From positions 195,982,001 to 196,046,000 of the forward strand of contig OZ024743.1 of assembly GCA_964016885.1 (NCBI GenBank): a stretch of 64,000 nt of DNA, in the 5' to 3' direction. Shown here in pieces: positions 57,750-64,000 of this stretch (positions are counted from its first letter, which is position 1; every line of letters begins with the position of its first letter). A program made the position numbers and the translations under genes. Under the pieces are notes generated by a model. That model was not told where the DNA came from, searched no databases, and was given only the letters and a program-made list of their open reading frames with translations. The stretch is from Eledone cirrhosa (taxonomy: Eukaryota).

Positions 57750-59985
57750 GTGATTGGTGTGGGGTGTTGGGGTAGTTTTATTTGTGGTGTGTGGACGTTT
57801 TTTCCCCTCGTTCGGGATATACATGTGGGTTTAGGGGGGACCCTACAAATACGAACTATGAATACGAATTGCCTTCCCGCTATGAACGCAATGCAAAGCA
57901 ACAGCGCTCCTACTGCTATGGCTCTACAGACTACTCGCGCAGTAGTCCCGCTCTTCAGACGAAGGAAGGAATTGAGGGTGGTGTGCTGGACCGTCCGAAC
58001 ATTTCGTGACGACGGTGTCCAGGCACTTACAATGAAGGTTCTGCACAGGTACTGCGTTAGTGTCGATTGCCTTTCAGAAGTTCGACTTCCCGATGTTGGT
58101 CATCTTCCGATCAAAGTTCCTGGCGAGGACATCTCCTACCACTTGTACCATAGTGGCGTGACTGACAACAGTGGCCTTCACGGGGTCGCTGTAGCGCTCA
58201 GCCCCGACGCGCAAGCGGCTCTGCTGGCGTGGCAGCCGATCTCACACCGAGTCGCGCTGGTTCAATTGAAGAGTCAAATCTCCAAAGTCAGCGTAATTGC
58301 CGTCTACGCTCCCACACTCAATGCGGACGAGGCGGATAAGACTCAGTTCTATGACGATCTCCAAACAACCGTGGATGGCGTCCCCTCCAGTGATGTTCTC
58401 CTTGTTGCTGGGGACTGGAATGCGCGGACGGGGCCCGCTGATGATACAACACGGCATATTCTAGGCCGCTTCGCCCTAGGCGTACGCTGTGACAATGGTG
58501 AAGGGCTCGTGTCCTTCGCGAATGCCAATCGTCACCAACACCCGGTTCCAACATCCTCGGCGTCACCTCGTCACGTGGCGATCCAATGACGGGATAATGG
58601 CCAATCAGATTGATTGGGCCGGCTCGGTGATGAACTCGCGTGCGTATCGCGGCGCTGATACAGGCAGTGAGCATGGGTCAGACCATACTCTTGTTCGAGC
58701 AACCCTTCGTCTGCGGCTGCGGGTGAAACCTCCTCCCAGCCGCCAGAAAAGGATCGACATCTCGCGACTCAAGCTCGATGCTGGAAATGCTTTCTGGCTA
58801 GAGCTGCGACACCGATTCCAAATGCTGAGTAACGAAGATGAACAGCAACTGGAGCAGGAGTGGAACGCGCTCAGGGCGGCGACGGTTGAGGTGGCCAGAG
58901 AGCATCTCGGGTCGACCCAAAGACGCCATCGGGACTGGATCTCCGGCGGCACTCTTGAACTCGCGGAGAGGGCGAGAATGGCCCGACTCGAGGGTGCACC
59001 CAATCTTCGAGATCTCCGACGTCGCACATCTCGGGCTATTCGGGCCGATCGGAATGCACACTGGCGCGAATTTTCGGATCCGACGGCGGGGGCAGCAGCC
59101 TGTGGTGACTCGCGCAAGCTCTACCAACTGGTGAAGCGGGCCAGCCGAAGCAGTACGGGTATCAGCGAGACGATCCGTGATCGGAACGGGACGGTCATTA
59201 CCAATCTCAATGACCGGCTAGTCCGATGGCGGGACCATTTCTCCGAGCTGCTCAATCACCCACCACCACCCACGCCAACCTACGTGCAGCCTTCCGGAGA
59301 AGAATACGGGTGCAGCACTGCCCCTCCAACGGTCGAAGTGGTACGTAGTGTCCTGACACATCTACAGAACAACAAGGCGCCGGGCAAAGATGGTGTTCCA
59401 CCTGAGGTCTACAAGGCCGAGCCTGATGTCTTCGCAGCTTGGCTCCATCGAGTCTTCTCCTCGGTGTGAGCGACGGAGTGGTTCCCTGGTGACTGGAACG
59501 AGGCAACTCTCCTACCCTTCTTCAAAAAGGGCGACAGGAGACGTTGCTGCCAAAACCTTCGCAATTCTTATGCTGAAGAAGTTCCAGGCCATCCGTGATG
59601 TCCGTACCCGTCCTTCTCAGAATCTTCGACCCCTTCCTTCAGTGCTTCTGCAACGGCGCTTGAGATGGTTTGGTCACGCAGCCCGGCGCCCTGAGGGTGA
59701 GCTGATCCGCAATGTTCTCCTCCCACCTCCACTCCCTAACTGTCGCAAGCACGTTGGTGGGCATCTGAAGATCTGGACAACGACGATCAAGGAGGACCTC
59801 TCCGAACTCTCAGCTCCGCAGGTGGTCGGCCTGCGCCGATGTAACCGTGACTGGCTCGCTATTGCCAGTGACCTAGCCCGGGACCGTCGTTCGTGGGCTG
59901 CCATGGTTCGGGATGCCGTCAGGACAAGGGAAGAAGCCGGCTCAACCCGTCCAGGGTGAATGTCGACACAAGTACAAGTACAAGA
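57750..59985 (+). mobile_element. RTE LINE with APE endonuclease and deleted RT
   Basis: CLSEVR, VYAPT, GDWNAR, GSDH, NNKAPGKDG, RRLRWFGHAAR; (CAAGTA)n tail. Confidence 0.9.
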
Positions 59986-60734
59986 AAGTGGTAATCTTGG
60001 TGGTGGTGATAGATATCTTGATTTTGATTTATGGAGATTTGTTTCAATGTGAGATATAAACTTTTAGCGATACCCTCTGCTAGGAATTTAGAGTTAATTA
60101 TTCCATATATGGTTAGCGTTTATCTATTTAAATAACCATGGAGCACCCTCTGAAATGATCTATAGGATTTTCCAACGTTCCTGGAGGAGTAAGCAGTCTA
60201 ATTTATATTTTATTTCATGTCTCTCTTAAAGATCATTAGCTATGCTATTAACGTTATCACCTACATGCTTGTAAACTACAGCGAGATGGTTGTTCAGCTC
60301 TTTTCTGCCTGCAGATATTGCTTCACTCTTATAATTTGACCCTTATAAGATGTTATTATGTATTTATGGCCTTCCTTCTTCCATGGATAATGTTATCTGC
60401 TTACATTTTCATTGACTTTAACATTTCCAGCAACACTGTGCAGTTTGCCAGTTCTTATTTTCAACTCGTAAAGTTCCCGTAATGAGCAACTCTAAAGGCT
60501 AAATGTAAAATAGGAAATGCAAATGGGTTGTGTACGATACGTTTGGTTCTTGGTACAAATTGTGGTGTGCATATATATACGAATATATATATATATGTTT
60601 AAAACTCATTTTAAAACCATCTTATCTTCAGATATTTAAGTATATGATCAACAATACTGAAGAGATATGTCTAAATATGTTTCTTAAATACAACACACAC
60701 GCACACACATACACACACAAAACCAGCCCCCCCC

Positions 60735-60785
<51 letters not shown>

Positions 60786-60834
60786 CATATATAATTTTAT
60801 TTGTCACATCGTGTATTATATATATATATATATC

Positions 60835-60995
60835 ATCATGATGATCATCATCGTTTAATGTCCATTTTAGTTAGACAGGTTGTCCCATTAGAGGCAAGTG
60901 GGTCAGGTGACTGTGTCTTGCTCATATAGAACAGGTTTCTACGGCTGGATGCCCTTCCTAACGCCAACCACATTTACAGTGTGTGGTAGGTGTTT
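60835..60995 (-). mobile_element. SINE fragment with Meta-domain-like core
   Basis: Minus strand GGTTGGCGTTAGGAAGGGCATCCAGCCGTAGAAA and (TGA)n tail. Confidence 0.7.
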
Positions 60996-61182
60996 TTTGT
61001 CGGGACTCCTACACAACCGTTTTACAGTGTGGGCTGGGTGCTTTTTGTCGTGATACCCACACGAAAACTTTACAGTGGGGGCTGGGTGTTATTGCCGTGA
61101 CACCTACACGAACACTTTACAGTGGGGGCTGGGTGTTATTGTTGTGACACCTACATCACCACTTTACAGTGTGGGCTGGATG
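60973..61182. repeat. 47-48-bp tandem repeat, 4.5 units, grown from the SINE
   Basis: TTTACAGTG starts at 60973, 61021, 61069, 61116, 61163. Confidence 0.88.
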
Positions 61183-61195
61183 TATATATAATAAA

Positions 61196-61257
<62 letters not shown>

Positions 61258-61297
61258 TTCAAAATATTAACAAATATAGACATTCGTGTGATCAAGT

Positions 61298-61364
61298 ATA
61301 TTTATTATACATATTTCAGAGGTACTGAGCTATCTTCAACAGTACATCTTCATCAGATAAAATA
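61298..61364 (-). ncRNA. Type I hammerhead ribozyme
   Basis: TATTTTAT-CTGATGA-AGATGTACTG..CAGTACCTCT-GAAA-TATGTA-TA-ATAAA. Confidence 0.85.
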
Positions 61365-61413
61365 TGGATGAATTTTAACCATCTACTTAGTCAAGGTATG
61401 TCATGCATCATCT

Positions 61414-61484
61414 TATTTTATCTGATGAGGACGTACTTACTGTTGAAGATAGCTCAGTACCTCTGAAATATGTATAATAAAATA
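61414..61484 (+). ncRNA. Type I hammerhead ribozyme
   Basis: TATTTTAT-CTGATGA-GGACGTACT..AGTACCTCT-GAAA-TATGTA-TA-ATAAAATA. Confidence 0.85.
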
Positions 61485-61811
61485 TACTTGATCACGCGAA
61501 TGTCTATATTTGTAAATATTTTGAATTAATAATTAATAACTCCGGAAAACCAAAATATGTGGAGTGCTTCTAATCTATTGTAAAACTTTATTCATTGATT
61601 TATTCATTGAACCTTTTTTAACCTTTAAATATATATATAATATATAAATGAAATATATATATATACGATATTACTAATATCGTAAACCTACTCCAGAAAC
61701 TGTTGGGTGCTTTTATATCAGTTATAAAATATTTACTCGTTGTAACCCAACAATCTTAAATAAAACTTTTGTATATATATATATATATATTTCATTTATA
61801 TATTATATATA

Positions 61812-61884
<73 letters not shown>

Positions 61885-61964
61885 AATATATATATATATA
61901 TAATATATATATATATAATATTCTTCTATATTATATTATATTATGCTATATTATATATATATAT

Positions 61965-63132
61965 GTTTAGTTTCCTCATAGTTACATGAGTTCCTTGTAA
62001 GCTTTTTTAGATGTTCATACTTTTATCTACTGAATTTGGAAACTTAATATTTCCAAACAAACTACATGGAAATCATACGGAAAACTATAATTTCAGAACC
62101 ACGAAATATTTTAATGAGGAACAGTTTCACCATATCACGTCATAGTAATGCTTAGAACGAGCATGAAAGTTTGACTTTCATGCTCGTTTCACTTTTACAT
62201 ATTACAATACATAAAAACAAACTTAAGGGCTAACTAATTTCTTTTAATATATTATATTATTACCATTAGAAAATATTTTGTAAACATATATATTTTTTGG
62301 TGTTAGATATTTTCTTCCTTAAACATTCTTTTCTTTTTCTTCTTTGCCTTCTGCGCTCATTTTTAAACAAACTATTTCCGTACACATATTACGCACACAT
62401 TATTACATTACATAAAAACAAATTTAAACCCTAACTAATTCCTCTAAATTCATAACTCATTCATTCTGCTCCTTCTTTTCACATTATATCCTTAATAACA
62501 TTAATATTTTTATTTTAATAATTTCTTTTCCTCGCACATTTTATTAAACCCTTCAATATACAAACCTTAATTTAATATTATTCTTAATTCCTTTTTCTCT
62601 TCATGCATAAACCTCATTAACTTTTAATTTCAAATTCTTTTAAATTATCTATTATCTTCCAACGGCTTTTTAACTTCTCTCTGTGAGACAATATATTTTT
62701 TTTTCTCAGTTGTAAAGGCTATCTCTCTCTCTCTATCACCCATCTCCCCTCCTCTCTCATCCTTATACTCCTCCCCCACCATTCTTTACTCTCATCTCCT
62801 CTTCTTCCTTCCCTTTTCCAGCCCCCTCTCACTTTTTCCCAATCTCATACATCAATCTTAAATTATTTTTCATATGTTGATTTAAAACTTCACTATTCAC
62901 AAGTGTTTTTTAAGCTTCATATGATGTATCCCTATTTTATCTGATGAGAACGCAGATATCATCCCATGATGATATTTGTTTTTGAAATGCGCATAATAAA
63001 ATACTTGGAACTATTTTAACCATCTTTTGATCTTATATTATTTATACTCCAGTCCTACAAACTGTAGAGTGCTACTTATCCGATATTTGCATTGCTTTAT
63101 TGTGCTACAATAAAACTCACCTCCTTCACACA
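61965..63132 (+). mobile_element. ORF-less PLE 3' UTR + HHR + tail (13-kb family)
   Basis: 62850-63132 aligns with 12930-13212; (TA)n flanks. Confidence 0.8.
62933..63003 (+). ncRNA. Type I hammerhead ribozyme (minimal)
   Basis: TATTTTAT-CTGATGA-stem II-GAAA-TGCGCA-TA-ATAAAATA. Confidence 0.88.
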
Positions 63133-63154
63133 TATATATATATATATATATATA

Positions 63155-63199
<45 letters not shown>

Positions 63200-63282
63200 G
63201 TTATTCCGGGTTGAATCGGAGGTAACCACAGTAAGTAAGGTACTCAATACATTGCAGAGTATAAAAGTTTTAATATAGATGA

Positions 63283-63331
63283 GATTCTGCAGGACTAGAA
63301 CTGTTTCATTCTTTAGAAATCATCAGGAATC
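63283..63331 (-). ncRNA. Type I hammerhead with U16.1>C mutation
   Basis: GATTC-CTGATGA-TTTC TAAA GAAT-GAAA-CAG..CTG-CA-GAATC; element begins at about 63199. Confidence 0.6.
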
Positions 63332-63537
63332 TGGGTATCAAAAAATAAATATGGTATTTATAGATCTCTTCAGGTGGTAGGAGAGGGTGGAGAGTGGGAT
63401 GGGTGTAGGTCATTGGTTGATAGAAAAGGGAATTCATTAAAACCTAATTAGTCACATCAAAGTTCATTTTTGATTCAAACAGACATGTTGTTATTGTCAC
63501 CATACGCTATTGTTTTAAAGTAGACAGGGAGAGTACT

Positions 63538-63582
63538 GAGTTTTGACAAGTACCAATCAGTATGAAACAGCGCTGTCAACTT
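63538..63582 (+). ncRNA. Type I hammerhead, U3-A8 core
   Basis: GAGTT-TTGACAA-GTAC CAATCA GTAT-GAAA-CAGCGCTG-TC-AACTT; downstream sequence related to 52830-52955. Confidence 0.87.
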
Positions 63583-63710
63583 ATCCTCCCCTGCCGAAAA
63601 TTTAAGTAAGCGACATTGTCGCTACTTTAAAACAATAGCGTATGGGCTTGAAAATGTTTTCAATTAAGCATACAGTGTATTGCAAAATACACTATATATA
63701 CATTCATATA

Positions 63711-63793
<83 letters not shown>

Positions 63794-63806
63794 ATATATA
63801 TATACC

Positions 63807-63830
<24 letters not shown>

Positions 63831-63837
<7 letters not shown>

Positions 63838-64000
63838 GTGAGGTTTTTTTACAAATTGAAAAATAACCGAGGTGTCCTACACGAGTGAAAGTATAAAGAA
63901 AAAGAGATGAAATCGAAAATGCAACTGGAGTCTTATTTTTTTTTTAAATATATATATTTATTTGGTTCCTTTACCGGTTTCGCAGTTCTTCTGCTTTTCA
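63831..64000 (-). mobile_element. PLE 3' end (14247 family), cut by window edge
   Basis: Nearly identical to 47345-47513. Confidence 0.88.

Larger units (their letters stand above)
61253..61630. mobile_element. Inverted-arm + tail PLE-derived element with two hammerheads
   Basis: Arms 61253-61364 and 61414-61530; tail 61531-61630; (TA)n flanks. Confidence 0.88.

Overview
Gene-poor, AT-rich eukaryotic DNA, most likely from a cephalopod mollusc (inferred from octopus-type tRNA-derived SINEs and very dense (TA)n, (TG)n and (TATG)n microsatellites). I found no intact host gene, and nearly all listed ORFs are microsatellite or antisense artefacts. The window is dominated by Penelope-like elements (PLEs) inserted into (TA)n. 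Four RT+GIY-YIG copies (5.1-9.7, 29.6-32.5, 40.7-43.2, 44.0-47.3 kb) have the CxCx5Cx5C linker typical of the Hydra clade (last Cys mutated in D), and the two that retain the N-terminal part carry the DKT motif. There are also fragments of a second PLE lineage and many short ORF-less relatives. By hand I read more than 20 type I hammerhead ribozyme (HHR) motifs in about a dozen sequence families. Four families share a compensatory U3-A8 catalytic core. Four non-coding HHR units are terminally redundant monomers of about 320-700 nt, resembling retrozymes copied from circular or tandem RNA. Inverted insertions repeatedly show one tailed and one tail-less end, with a shared CTCY..TTGAGY motif at that boundary. 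Also present: a decayed R4/Dong-type RLE retrotransposon in (TATG)n, RTE and CR1 LINE fragments, a Chapaev3 transposon nested in a PLE RT, mariner and hAT MITEs, and several SINEs. All coordinates and RNA folds were read by eye; no searches or folding programs were run.
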